Assembly: GCA_002633005.1 (NCBI GenBank)
Contig: NMRA01000045.1
Coordinates: forward strand, 675,552-739,551
DNA from: Phoronis australis
Taxonomy: Eukaryota > Animalia > Phoronida
Length of the DNA: 64,000 nt
Direction of reading: 5' to 3'
The notes beneath the pieces are model-generated. The model saw nothing but the letters and a program-made list of their open reading frames with translations, did no database searches and was not told the DNA's origin. The position numbers and the translations under genes were made by a program. Positions within the stretch are counted from its first letter, which is position 1, and each line of letters begins with the position of its first letter. Of this stretch, positions 1 through 13,103 are shown piece by piece.

Positions 1-5
1 TTTAG

Positions 6-180
6 TCTGGAGCTCTATAAAAAGGTTCCAAACCTGCGTATCTTGGCCTGCGGAGGTGATGGCACTGTGGGCTGGATCTTGTCCACGATTGACTTGGTCG
101 GCATCAAGCCTCCCCCACCTGTGGCCATCTTGCCATTGGGTACTGGTAACGACCTGGCCAGGACCCTCAACTGGGGATCA
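6..180 (+). CDS. DGKZ: DGK exon, catalytic domain with ATP-binding GGDGT
   Basis: tttag|..[58 protein letters not shown]|gtaagt. Confidence 0.96.
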
Positions 181-1134
181 GTAAGTACTTTCTTAACTCT
201 CATATAGTTTAATACTTGGCTAATGTTCATTCCTTCACAGAACTTGCCTTCAACAATTTTTGCCGCAATTTACTGCCATATCTCTGAGTTGCACGGTAAA
301 GGCAGCCTTGGACGATTGTGTTTACCTGTAATTTGTTGCCATCATTTTCAACTTCTCTACTGTATCATTAATATTTTTTAAAATCCTGGCTTATTCACAA
401 CACTTTAAGAAGTCTTGAAAAATGAAAACGTCAATTTTAGCACTACCTTTTGTTTAAAATCGGTGTATCATTCTAAACATGGCCCATTCCACAGAGCAAG
501 TGCTGCTTTAGCAATGGCATCAATTATAGATTTTTCGAATGTGTTAGATTAATAGGCCTGTGTACTACCATGCGTGATACTATGCAAAACAATGCTTAGC
601 TTATATAGTCCATTCGAGTGAAAAGCGATTGTTTCACGAGTCGCTGGAGCTCATGCCAATCGTACCAAAAAGGCGGTCACAAATGTGATTGGTCGGTGAT
701 GTTGGTTTGTTGAATTGTGGGATTAAATCAGTGTTTCCGTTCTTTTGGAAAAGATTTTCACGTGGAAGATATTGTCTTGCTGTCTATCAAACATAGTCCA
801 GATTGATGTCACCATTAGATAGTTTCTGTCATCTGGAACACTCACTAAATGAGGGGACGTGTTTATAGTCAGTCTCTATTATGCAATGGTCCTGTGACAG
901 AATTCGTGTGCTGTTAAAATTGCTGGTCCCTATTCAAAGCACCTGTGTTGATTAAAAATGTTGGTTATCGCAAACGTTGTAAACTATGGCTATGTAGACA
1001 AGCCACTGTTTGTATTAGAAATCATATGATGACATTTTCACACAGTTTCATTATTTATGAACTAGAGATGTACAGGGTGAGCCTCTTTGTTGATGGCAAA
1101 TCTCACAACCACATTTTGGTATGTTCTCGACTAG

Positions 1135-1205
1135 GGGTATGCAGATGAGCCGCTGTCGAAAGTTCTTTCAAGTGTTGAAGATGGTTTAGTGGTTCAGCTT
1201 GACAG
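1135..1205 (+). CDS. DGKZ: DGK exon, catalytic domain
   Basis: ctag|GYADEPLSKVLSSVEDGLVVQLDR|gtact; phase 0 to 2. Confidence 0.93.
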
Positions 1206-3844
1206 GTACTTTATTCTTTGAATTCTTCTACGTTTCTTAGAAGATTTAAACCAAAATTCAGTGATTCTATCGTCTTCAAGTGTTTTAGGGCATGTCATCA
1301 GTTTTGCGATTTGACTATATTTGCCTTAGTTATGATTTAACCTCCAGTTTAGGACAAGGTGGATGTTATCAATAGTTTATTTTCTTATTTTTTCATAGAG
1401 ATATTATGTAGCATGGATTAATGCTTTGCCATATTCAAGTCCGTTACCATAACTACCAATAGAAAATATCGTGAAAATTTGTAGGCATTCACAAAATTGT
1501 TGGAATACCTTGCAAAATAGGATAATTTTGGCGTTTATTTCTGTTCGATTTGAGAAATGTTATGCACAACTTTTAAAAACAGGGCCATGAAAAGAATCCT
1601 ATGTCGAAGCCCTCACCAGTCGAGATTGTGTAGTACCTCAAAATCTGCCTAACTATCAGGCACCATGCAGTTTTATGCAATTAAATTGCCTCTGGACGCC
1701 ACAGACTGCTTATGTTACTGTTCTCTAGATAATCAGACTCATCATAAACACACTGGGAGCGACAAAAGTATTTTTCAAATTTTTGTTTTGAAATAGTTCG
1801 TGAAAAGTATACATACATAGGGTTTTTTAATTTTGAAATGGGACAAGAAATGTTACTTTTTATCCTAAAACTTTTGCGCAATGTTGCCATATTATGCTTC
1901 TCATTAATTATGCTGTTTTTGCAACATAATTGGGCCTGCAAACCTCAGGCAGCAGTTGGATTTTGAGGTAAGCCAGTGTCATCATACAAGTCTTACTATC
2001 TAAGGCATTTTGCTGTATGTAAGTGCCTTCTAGTTTGATATGAAAGTGAAGTCACGGCTGAATATTGTGCATTTGTCAGTCTTAAAAAAATAAGTAGAAA
2101 AACCTTTCCTGCACATTTACTGAAACACCAGGGGACCCCTTCCGAATCTCTTCTGTTCCATTAATATGATTATTGGCTTAAATGTGCAAGAAAAACTATT
2201 AACTTGGTAGAGAAGAAATCGAATGGATCTGTTCAGCTATAGTCTCCTTTATATTAGTAATTGATGGAACTGATTAGTGGGTAGGAAATTTCAATAATCG
2301 TCTGCCTTTTTCCATTAAGACTATTATATTGATAATCGTGTCATTGAAATTCATTCTTGATTAGTCTCCGTGCTCTCGTTAGCGTCTTTTCAAGCCGTTA
2401 TCTTTCGGGGCTAATTGCCATACTGTGAGATAGATCATGTTTAAACTGGTCAAAATACCCCCAAGTAATGGCCGTGGGCTGTCATTTGTGGCCAATTTAA
2501 ACAGGCTTTGTTAATTATTAATTAAGTTTAACTAGCTGTGTACTAAGTACATGTTAAACATGGTTTCCAGTTGAGTCACGTGGTCTCCTGATGTCAGAGT
2601 TTATTGTCAAGTAGCAGATCAATGTTAGGAAGATCTTACAACATGGTTATAGTAATCTTTTTACTTATTAACAAATTCTCAACAAAAATAGATCATTTCA
2701 CTAATCATCATCAACATGTTGTGTATACAAGGGTTAGCACATTGTGACAGTCTGAGTGGTGTTTGAAATGCTGTGAGCTTTGGAAAATTTGTGGAAATAT
2801 GACAATTTGAAGTTCTTGAAGAACACCATTGCCCCACGTTGAGCAATTTTCTGGTTCACTAACTTACAGGGTATTTGTACAGTACACACCAAAATATTCA
2901 AACAAAATGAACTGTCTGGATGACCAACTACAGGTGAAATTCCATGTCACTATGGCTGAGTGTAACGTTCTGGGATCAGTAAACAAGTCAAACCCTATAG
3001 GGGGTAATAAAATGATTTTCTCAGCCAAGACCTCAAATCCTTTTGTGTTTAGCTACACAGTCCAGCTGGGACAGTAGTATGACTAAGAGCTGGGTTCACA
3101 AAGAACTGCTTTTACTGAACTTGCATGTCAGTTTCAAAAGGCCTATTGTGTTTGAAGGCAACCTATATGGGGACTAGTAACCCCCTCATAGCCGAAAATA
3201 AGCAGTTTGAAGTTGTTGTTAGTTGAGCTGGTCATAGAGAATGGATTCCCTGTGGTATGGTGACATTCTATGACAGTCTTGGTCATCTGAAAGCCTGACA
3301 TTTTGAGAATTCTGTGACAAAAATGTGAACCAAGTAGTTACTTAGTGTTTTGTTGGATTTACTGTTGATGCCGCATCAAGAAGTGGCTCATTTTTTAATA
3401 AATTGTAAACTTATAGATTTCATTAGTGTCTCTGACAAATATTGTGTCTCACATGCTTGAGAAACGCAAAGGTAATGCGACTTACCCATGCAAAAAAGCA
3501 CCCTGAGACATTTTGAAAATTTTGATGTGACAAATAAGTTATGACTTGTCACTAAACAAGAATCCATTGTTTGTCAGGTTGGTCTTACGAAACAAAACGC
3601 TTGTGTTTGATTATTTTTGGCGTCCATGGTAATTTTCTACTGCGACATTCCGTAATGCATGGTAGTATTATGCAGAACATCAGTTAAGTTATTTGTGTTC
3701 AATTTTATTGTCTACGGTAACATGACAGTCACATTGGTTTACAGTTTGTAAGGAAGGCATGTCAGTGGTTTTGTACCTTACCTCAATGCCAAAGTAAGAG
3801 GCTTCGGGTGATCAGTGCACTGTTTCATTTAATCGTTATTACAG

Positions 3845-4002
3845 GTGGAATCTGCATGTGGAACAGCTGCCAGGTAGTGAAGAGATAGAACCGCCAGAAG
3901 ATGGCATCGGTGGTGTCTCCTGCCTGCCGCTAGATGTCATGAATAACTACTTCAGTTTGGGAGCAGACGCTGGCGTCTTACTAGAGTTCCATGAATCGAG
4001 GG
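3845..4002 (+). CDS. DGKZ: DGK exon, catalytic/accessory junction
   Basis: acag|[36 protein letters not shown]|gtgggt; phase 2 to 1. Confidence 0.94.
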
Positions 4003-4210
4003 GTGGGTAAAATTATTGGTTTCAGCATTATTTGTTTGATTACCATCCTATTTATCCAGCTTGTGTTGCAATGCATTTTGAAATTACTATAAAAAGCAAA
4101 ATCATGGATGAAAATTGTTATAAATTTTAACCAATGCTGAAAACGGTAAAATATCTAGTATGTAAACCTTAAACCGGTGTGGAAATACAGATTGCAAACA
4201 TTGGAAGTGT

Positions 4211-4516
4211 GGTCTGCACCTGTTAGCCCCATCATGTGCACTAGTCCACTGAGCCATTGGGACCATGGGTGGAACACAGAATCCGATCGAACTTAGTGGT
4301 GGCACCCCGGCCTCGAACTTTTGAAGAGATATGAAGATATAAGTCGAAAACCGTCGTGGTAATATAGATATATTCGTGGACACCCATGAGTTAAAGAGTG
4401 GAATGCCCCCACTACTAAGTCTCGGATTGGATTCCTGTGTTTGAATTGTGGTCCCGATGGTTCAGCGAGATAAGAGCACCAGTCCTATATGCTTAGCAGA
4501 AGGTCCCGGTCGAAGC
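4211..4516. mobile_element. Imperfect palindrome with outward-facing degenerate tRNA-like ends
   Basis: Arms ~4249-4319 and ~4389-4465 are reverse complements. The right end reads tggttcagcgagataagagc..ggtcgaa (A/B-box-like). Confidence 0.5.
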
Positions 4517-4902
4517 AGAAATATTTTCAGACTTATATTCATCAGGTTACGTGATGTAGCCAACAGATAGCATTCAGACCAAGCTTAAAAATGCTCGCGA
4601 TTCCTAAGAAGTATGATGTGTTACCCCGCAATACACGCGTTTCCCAGCAATCCATTTCCTCACGACTACGTGTCTAAATGTTGGGAACAGGTTAGCACCA
4701 ACCATCCCAACAGAATTCCAGCGCAGAAATATATCAATTTTCAAGCCAAAATGAAGGAAATCCAGGCGCAGAAAAAAATCTGCAACTTTTCAGGCACAAT
4801 AAGAGAATGGGTGGAAATTCCCTTTTTAAAATGGAAAGTGTTAAGTCAAATTAACATGCAAGTCATGTTACTTTATAGTTGTTGCATCTACTATTCTTTC
4901 AG

Positions 4903-4958
4903 AGGCAAATCCTGAAAAGTTTAATAGCCGATTTAAGAACAAAGTATTCTTTGCCGGG
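4903..4958 (+). CDS. DGKZ: DGK exon, accessory domain
   Basis: ttcag|EANPEKFNSRFKNKVFFAG|gtaagt. Confidence 0.94.
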
Positions 4959-4977
4959 GTAAGTACAGATTCCATTT

Positions 4978-5072
4978 TACAGAAGTCAAACTTACTGGTT
5001 TGATTGCATCCTACAGAAGTTAAACTTACTGGTCTTGCATCCTAAAGAAGTCCAAATTACTGGTCTTGCATA
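4978..5072 (+). repeat. Three tandem copies of a ~31-34 bp unit
   Basis: agaagt(c/t)aaacttactggt..ttgcatcc repeated three times. Confidence 0.85.
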
Positions 5073-5171
5073 CAATGGGACATTTCCTTCTCTGCATGGT
5101 CCTTAAAGTAGCTGGACCAAAGCTTGGTGAATAAGATAGCTAAAACTACTAATTTACTCACATGAAACAAA

Positions 5172-5703
5172 TTTTATGCGTCCGCATATTATGTGGTGTC
5201 ATATTGTCGTCACTTTGTCCGGGCGTCCTTTTGTCCTGATATCCGTGTGTCTACTAGATATCTCAAAAACACCTGGTTGGATTTTGACGAAATTTTACAC
5301 AAGGATATATGGTATCACTAGAACGGTTCTTGCTACCTTTCAATCTACCCTGCCCGGGGGTAAGCGGGGCCATGGCTTTTTGTGCAGAGGGTTTCCGGAT
5401 GATATCTAGAGATCGCGTTGACAAATTTTTACAAGTCTTAGCACAAAGGTATGTGACATCAATACGCTGGCACGAATAAATTTGTGGACAGATTTGACCA
5501 CGCAGCATCTACTCAGCGGTATATATTTATATATATGATGATAATGCGCCTGCACCATTTGATTTTCGGACTGTTTTGACTACTGCAGCACCTGCCCTTA
5601 AAAACAAATCGTATGCAATGCACCATGGATGCATGTCAATGTACCATGGATGCATGTCAATGCACCATGGGTGCATGTCAACACCCCAGCATTGCTCTTG
5701 TTT
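5172..5703 (+). mobile_element. Helentron-associated non-autonomous element (HINE, DINE-1-like)
   Basis: ttttatgcgtccgcata start, gtcc-rich tract, 21-bp x3 repeat of the 3' subTIR (5616-5680), ends in ctcttgttt; related to 15159-16197. Confidence 0.65.
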
Positions 5704-6840
5704 ATGTTATGTGCTGAAATGAATCAGGGTTTTTTGATCTGAGTACAAATCTCCAAAGTTGCATGTCCTTGTATTCCCTAACAATGATTGTTTGGACCCA
5801 ACTAAATTTTGTCTTGATTATTTTCAGAGTACAAGCTACGCACAGCTTTAGGAATTTATTATACCTGGGTCAAAGATCATGATTCGTTTGAACGTATATG
5901 ATATGAAAAACTGTGTATAATTTGAATTTTAGCCATCTTCTTCTGTCACCAAACTCAGGACCAGCACCTTTGATTATTCTTTGCTTCGCCTAGGAAAACA
6001 GGGTATCAAAAATCAATCAATTGTTCCATTACCTAGAGTTTCAACATTGAGTTTGTTTCACATCAGTTTCATTTGATATCTCATCTGTTTTGATAGCGGA
6101 AACCAATTGATCTCATGGCAAAGAAAGTTTTGGACCCAAGACTTTTCGAGTTCAAATCGGCTTATTTCATATTTTTGAAATCGGGCCATAAGTATAGATT
6201 AAGGAAATGTCCTGTTAAACTTAATCTTCATTTGTCGTTATGCAATTATTGACAGTGCAATATCTCATTATAGTATCAATTTTCATTTAGTTGACGGAAC
6301 AGTTCTCATTTGCGTCTTAGATAATACTTTTCATAGCACAAAAGATTGATAGTCTTGGCAGTTTATTAAATCTCTGCATTGATATTCATTATCTGGTCCT
6401 TAATTAATCAGATGATTATGTCGTATCTCAAATAATAACTCCAATTTTCTTGGAATGATCAATATAATAATAATATAATAATAGCATTTGTATGAATTGA
6501 AAGGGAGCTTAATTAATTGTTAGTGTTTTGAGTGGTTAGCCAACATTTTACCCTCTGCTAAATTTAATCCTTATTTTCAGTAGTGTTGTAGAATTTTGTT
6601 GCTGAACTCTGTCTCTTTTTACGACCGCTGATGTTTATTAAAACAGCCTTGTTTTGTGCGATGTTAATGTTAAGTTTATGCTATTTGGAAAACAAGAAGC
6701 ACTTCTAAAAGCTGTAGATAACAATACATGCATGCAGATAGCTAACATCTGCCAAGTTGAATTCTATAGCGTTCTGAGAGCTTGAATGCGATTTCTCTTT
6801 ATCCAATCAAGTTTTATCTCAAATAAACACAGAAAAATCA

Positions 6841-6916
6841 GGATCACCAACTGGGACTCGAACCACTGGTCTTGAGATTGCCAAATCTAGAGCTCTTACC
6901 ACTGAGCTACTGTTTA
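6841..6916 (-). repeat. tRNA-derived SINE-like head
   Basis: Minus strand tagctcagtggtaagagc (A box) .. ggttcgagtccc (B box); acceptor and anticodon stems do not pair cleanly. Confidence 0.6.
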
Positions 6917-7198
6917 CAGTCAACCGTTATGTTATCCATCCCAGGAGAGGCGTTTCCCCCTTTTCACACGAAATTTGGACAATTATGTAATCAGGAATTT
7001 ACCAGTATGTGTTAATTAGATATAGTAAATATAGATATTGAGATATTTCACTAGTGGCCAACATCAGCGTCTATATTTACTATATCTAACTAACCTATAC
7101 TGATTTAAGTGCTGATTATACAATTGTCCAAATCTCATGTGAAAAAGGCAAAATGCAGGTCATGGGATGGAAAACATGACAGTTGACTGCAAACAGTA
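6908..7198. repeat. ~290 bp imperfect palindrome
   Basis: tactgtttacagtcaac..ttggacaatt..tagatatagtaaatataga pairs with tctatatttactatatcta..aattgtccaa..gttgactgcaaacagta. Confidence 0.9.
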
Positions 7199-7587
7199 AT
7201 TGCACAGATATTAGGTCCTCAGTAGTTCAGTGGGCCGGCAATCGAGTTTTAGTTAACAAAACCTAGCTGAGGTGACAATGGTGAAACAGGAAACCTAATG
7301 TGTTTCCTTCATGACATTTCACGCTGTTGTCATTTGAACATCCCACCTAACAATATTAGTAAGTTGATTATGAAAAAGAAGTTTAAAAGTGCTGTGAAAG
7401 CCGTCTGCTTTAAAACACCATCATTGTACATGCACTGTAGGTGGCGCTCCTTTAAATGGCTAAATTTTGATTTAGACCACTTGTTGTTGACTGTGAAACT
7501 GGTCTCAACTTGTTCCTTACTTGGATTAGAAGTGTTTTAAGGGCGTAGGAAGAAATAACAGTTCATTAATGCTCAGTGCACACTGTG

Positions 7588-7731
7588 AGTACATTCCAAA
7601 AGTAATCGGACAAATTACCATTTCCCATCATGATGGGTAATTTACTACTCTGATGGTGGCTTCCACTTGCATTCAGACATCGTGACAGGGAATTCTGGGC
7701 CGTTTTGTTTGATTATTTTTGGCGATTACTG
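7588..7731. mobile_element. Tc1/mariner-like MITE, ccaaaagtaatc family
   Basis: TIR ccaaaagtaatcggacaa / ttgtttgattatttttgg, ends actg-ta; related copies at 17655, 24091 and 28545. Confidence 0.55.
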
Positions 7732-7959
7732 TAAAGTGGCTCTGCTGTTCATGTTGACATCTTGAACGTACATGATGTCGAGCAATTACAGCAAGCTTTG
7801 TGAAGTTGGCGCGTAAGACCAAATTTCTGTGTCTTTAGTGTTGAGTCACTTTCATGAAACTGACTTCAGATGTCACTACTATCTGAGTATGGAACAAGTC
7901 AAGTTTGATAAAGTAAGTGAAAAATGGCTATTGATTGAAATTTCTTTTGGAACTTTCAG

Positions 7960-8022
7960 GCTGGAGGCCGTGATCTATGGAAGCGCAGCTGGAAAGATCT
8001 CTCAGAGTTTATTAAGCTTGAG
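7960..8022 (+). CDS. DGKZ: DGK exon, accessory domain
   Basis: ttcag|AGGRDLWKRSWKDLSEFIKLE|gtttgt. Confidence 0.9.
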
Positions 8023-8568
8023 GTTTGTGCACCTAGTAGACTGTGTTTCTCTTTGATGAGTTAAACTGACTTTACCTTGATTCCGTCGATTTACAATATA
8101 GGGTGAGTGAACATTGTAAATTACACCTGTCCTACTATTAATATCAATTTTTATGAGAAGAGTAATTCAGTGTCATTCGACTTTGGTTATCAGCTTTTCA
8201 TGTATTTCCAAAAATTCATAAAGTAAGCACTGAATAATTGTACAAAACTGTCATTTTTGAAAAAATGTATTGTTTTACTTAAGCAGCATTATTTGGAAGT
8301 TGTCTTGGATAAATCGGTTTGTTTTAAAATGTTTTATGAAGTAAAGGTAGATTATCTCTAATATGTTCTCAGAATATGATAATTATACATAAATATTTTG
8401 AAGTTTTAAACCTGTTAGTTATTGCTTGAATTTCAATGCTATGCAATGTAAACGTGCGATTTGGTGGGACTTGATGCGAGGATGCTATACTCACCCTGAT
8501 TTCTCACACTAATTCATTCATTTTGTGTTTATAGCTATAATTTTTAGCTGAGGTGTGTACTATTTCAG

Positions 8569-8642
8569 TGTGATGGGGTGGACATGACGCCCAGAATAAG
8601 GGAACACAAGCTTCACTGTATACTGTTTCTCAACATTCCATG
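8569..8642 (+). CDS. DGKZ: DGK exon, accessory domain
   Basis: ttcag|CDGVDMTPRIREHKLHCILFLNIP|gtaggt. Confidence 0.93.
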
Positions 8643-10013
8643 GTAGGTGTGAACAAAAAGTTGACAGTCACGTATTTGTTCATTTTCATGAACATTGTCT
8701 GTAAAGAGGAATATTTACATGTTGTTCTCACTATACAACACCAGATATAGGATTATATTAACGTTGTTGGGTTGTTTACGATGTTAATTGTTCTGATTAG
8801 CGTTTCCATGGTAATGTCTTTATCTGTCCCTAAATGTAATTTTTGTCATAAATGCAGAAATCAACCCGTTTTCTGTAAAATTAATCGCACCATTTATACG
8901 GGTTAATGGTATTTGTCTTGAGAACATTCTATTTGTAGCTGAAACGGATACTAAAATTAGATGTTATCTCTTTAAATTCATGTTCAGTCTGACTAATGTA
9001 TGAGTTCAGGTAATGTAGGGCCGTGTCAACAGGTCTGTGAATTTAACCAAGGCAAGTGTCTGTGAAAATAAAAGTTCGTTTTTCGAATTAAAGTAGATAG
9101 CCTGTAGAATTCAGTTTTTAACATTAACCAGTCTGTCATTAATTGAGTCACGTGACCATGCCTTTTGAGTAAAATTTAGTCAACAAAGAAACTAGGTACA
9201 TTCAAAACGGTGGTATCGATAATATGGCAAAATTCCATTTGATATAAATGTCCAAGATGAAATTTGAAAAATGTGTTGCACTTTTCCGAATTATTTTGTT
9301 TTTGTTTTAATATGCAACTTAACTTTTTCATGAAATTCATTAAGTCCTATTTTAAAACAATTCCTAACACTTTTTTAAAGAGCAGTGCATAAAGCAAAGC
9401 ATCCGTAAGTTTCATAGCGTCTGAGCAACCATTTCTGAGATATTACGTTCCGAATTTAGCCTGTAGTGCCCCTCAGTGGTAACTTGGTTTTCTTTTCAGT
9501 GGTCTCAGTATCTACCAGGACTGCATTTGCCTATTTTCGGATGATTAAAGCTCTGCACCATATTTAACCATTTTTGTGCTGCCTGGAATTTTTCTAAAGA
9601 GGATTTCTTCTTTTTTGGTTTCAATTTCCTGGTCTTTGATATCTAGTTTCTTCTTTTTTCGTATCTTTTTTATCATTATTGTGACTAGGTTTATTCAATC
9701 ATGCAAAAAACGCTTCTTGCGGTTAAGCTTTACAACACAAAAGCCCTGTGCGTTGAAATGTTTATAGAAAATGAATACCCCGTATATTTTTGCCATTTGT
9801 AATGTAACAGTGACCGCTTACCAATGCTCTGTATGGTTACTGTTTTGTTGTAAGGAAATGAAATGACAAAATTATTGTTTTCTAAACTGGGTAATTTTGT
9901 GCCATTATTTCTTTCGTTCAGTGTTGAGTCACATGTTAACTGTTGAAAACAGACCTATTGATGTTGTATTTTTTCAGCTCTTTAATTTACGTACTACATT
10001 TGTTATTCCTTAG

Positions 10014-10128
10014 GTACTCTGCAGGCACTTTACCGTGGGGCAATCCAACAGGTGGAAGTAGTGCTACTAAAACTCAGCTCCATGACGACGGACTAATGGA
10101 GATCATTGGCTTTACGACAACTGCGCTG
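10014..10128 (+). CDS. DGKZ: DGK exon, accessory domain
   Basis: ttag|YSAGTLPWGNPTGGSSATKTQLHDDGLMEIIGFTTTAL|gtaacg. Confidence 0.94.
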
Positions 10129-10185
10129 GTAACGCATCACTGTAAAGGACATTCTCCTGTGTCTATATAAAGTCACCACCAAAAC

Positions 10186-10318
10186 CTAAAATTGCAAACG
10201 TTTATAAGCCTGGTCCGCACACCACCTGCTTGCCACATCACGTGACCTCACGAACATGAGTTCGATGTGGCCAATAGGTGGTGTGCGAACCACACTTATA
10301 AATGTTTACGATCTATAG
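10186..10318. repeat. ~130 bp hairpin, MITE-like
   Basis: aaacgtttataag..gcacaccacct..gccacatc pairs with gatgtggc..aggtggtgtgc..cttataaatgttt. Confidence 0.8.
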
Positions 10319-11081
10319 TTCCATACCAGAGGAAACGCTTCTATAATTAGTCAGAACCTGGAGGAATTAACTTGAAAATTTAACCAAAAAATCATATTTT
10401 GGTGAAATATTAGACTAAAAATAATTTCCTTCCCATGTAGTGCCCATCCCCAAGACTTCTTTGGAAGCACGTCTGTTTTTGTTAATGTCTGTCTTGGCCA
10501 AATTTTAGCTCCCAAAGTGTACCTAGCTGGCTTGCCTTTGAGTGTTGGCAGAATCTTGTCTCTACTCTGCTTTGTTTGACTTGAGCATGCTGGTCCGACA
10601 GTGTTGGCCTGAATCGAACATTCAGGTAACCACCCCCCTCCGACTTCACAAAAATTTTTGTTTAAAATGTCCAAGCTCAATTTAACACCAACACTATGAT
10701 TCTTGAGTTGCCCTACTTAAACACGCTGACTGTTAACTGGGTGAAATATAGTAAGATCAATAATTTTTTTTTCCTTTGTGTCATTTACAGTGATATTTAT
10801 GTCACACATTGTGAAGAAATGCTCTAACTTTTTAATAATCAGGCTAATATCTCAGTCTAAATTTGGTGTTTAATAGCTAATGTTCCGTATTTCCCATGAC
10901 AGCGCAATGAACCAAATATAGCAGTCCATTAATTGCTTCAGCAAAACAATTCACCAGCGTGACGGCTTATTTGACTTTGTCTATTTTGAAATTTTAAAAT
11001 TCATTTTGGCCTAATTAGCACTGCATAGTACTTCTTTATGCGAATTTTTGCATGATTTTTGTCTAATGTTATTATTGCCAG

Positions 11082-11281
11082 GCCACACTGCAGGTGGGAG
11101 GTCATGGCGAGCGCATCTGCCAATGTCACGAGGCGACGCTGACCACGTACAAGACTATTCCTATGCAAGTGGATGGTGAGCCATGTCGTCTGCTGCCCTC
11201 TATTATCAACATATCGCTACGAAATCAAGCCAACATGACCATGAAACCGAAGAGGAGGGGATCCATTCCCGTTATTAATGA
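11082..11281 (+). CDS. DGKZ: DGK exon, end of accessory domain
   Basis: ccag|[66 protein letters not shown]|gtaagt; ends in phase 2. Confidence 0.95.
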
Positions 11282-11708
11282 GTAAGTCATCCCTTGCCAT
11301 TATTAATGAGTTGTCATGCTAACACTGCCAGATGACTGAGCCATCTCAACACCAAGATTTTGTTTTGTCTGTTCTTCAACACTCTGTTGAAGCGTAATGT
11401 TTTAATTAACGTTCGCATGTAATATTGATTTTATTTGGCATTTTCCTGGAACTTAATTCATTAAAAGCGAGGAAAAGTTTAAAAGGTTATAAACCCATGC
11501 TTTCTGTCAAAAAACAACTTTTGAATGAAATTATTTCTTAGCTTGAGAAGAACTGGCAAGTGTTTAGTGTTTCAGAGCAGGACCGTGGCTTGTCACTCTG
11601 GGTTATACTTTCAGTTGCAAGCGCCGTGTGGCCTTCAATTTAAACAAATGACCAAAACATGATGGCATTGCTTTCAAAGGTTAAATCCGCCGGTAAAGAA
11701 ATTTACTT

Positions 11709-11835
11709 GGGCTCTGGGTTTAATCTCTGTGCTGGAAACTCAACTCGAGAATTGACCAATTGCACGATACGCTTACAAATTACGAATTACGTGGTTAAGC
11801 TTCAAGCCGAGTTCGGGGGATTAGACCCTGGGCCC
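11709..11835. mobile_element. Short MITE, Harbinger-like termini
   Basis: gggctctgggtttaatc / gattagaccctgggccc inverted termini. Confidence 0.5.
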
Positions 11836-13103
11836 AGAGTGTTTGGTTTGTAGCAGCTGTAACTTAAACACACCATTTCAGGTATTGCTTACATATCTTG
11901 CTCGTATTTTTTTAGACAGAGCTATCACACTAACCGCAAATTTTGTCATTTGTACAAACTCTCTCATTATGTAACTTTTACCCATTATAGTTTGTATTAC
12001 CTGTTGCTGTACAGTCTGGTGTATCAGTAAAATGTCAGCCGTAGCTGTGGAAATGTGAAACAAGTGGTCTTGCGTGTTCGTCTGCACTAGCCAACTCAGC
12101 ACCGCATGTTTTGAGACTTTAGCACCAAGTATGCCCGTGTTAACACTGCTCGAAGCAACTTTTTACTTTTGCATTTTATTGTTAGTGTGCCTGCTATCAA
12201 AACTTCGTCGATCAAGAAATTTGTTTTTGTCTTGAGGGGAGTTGCTTGAAGACACTGTGAGCTCACTTCAAATTGTCCTGCAATTTTTTAAATTTTGAAT
12301 GTTGAGTCTCCATGTTTGAAAGATGCCTGCTAAATGTGCTCTTTTTGAAAGACATTCTGCTCTTTCGGATACGTGTTTGATCTATTATAAATGTGCCTGC
12401 TCTGATTTGAAACACGTCTGCTCTGTCTGGACATCTGTTCTTTTTGAAATATTATTGGGTCATGAAATTAACAAAAGGGTTTTTGATGATTATCTGACTT
12501 AGAATGATGTCACAGGGTGGCACAGCTAGAAACGCAGATAAGGTTTTTAAGACCTCAAAGGGTTTCTATAGGTTGTACATAGCCAAGATCTGCCCCAGAG
12601 ATATTAAGCTATTATTGAACAAGAACAAGTTGATTCACTTATAGCTCAGGTTCTTATCTGAGAGTAAGTAGTTATTGTGTTGTGGTTCAATTTTCACTGT
12701 CTGCCAATACTTAACAATATCTGACAACTGACTTCTGGTAGTGAACCCTAATCCCCTTTATATCTGATTCAGAACATGTCCCTCCTAAGATAGCTCTCAT
12801 TCTAAGGATTTTACCCACAATGCATCAAATGCGTCAAGCACCTTTCCTGTCTCTCGGCAAACAAAAGCACTAATTACTATGATCATTTCCTGGTTATTAA
12901 TTTAGTTCATCATTTTGTTGCGGACAAGCTTGCATTATCGCGTTTTGAGTTACAAGGCTGACACCAAGAAATTGGCCAAATAGCTGGATGTACTAAACGA
13001 CTCAGGAACGAGTTTGAAATGTAAGTCAGTCATACAATCTATTTTTCTTCCCCATAACAAAGGGGAATTAAATCCACGTGGACCTACTGAATGAGGAGAC
13101 CAG

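Noticed and set aside
6841-6916. Functional tRNA gene
   Set aside because: A and B boxes are present, but the acceptor and anticodon stems do not pair properly.
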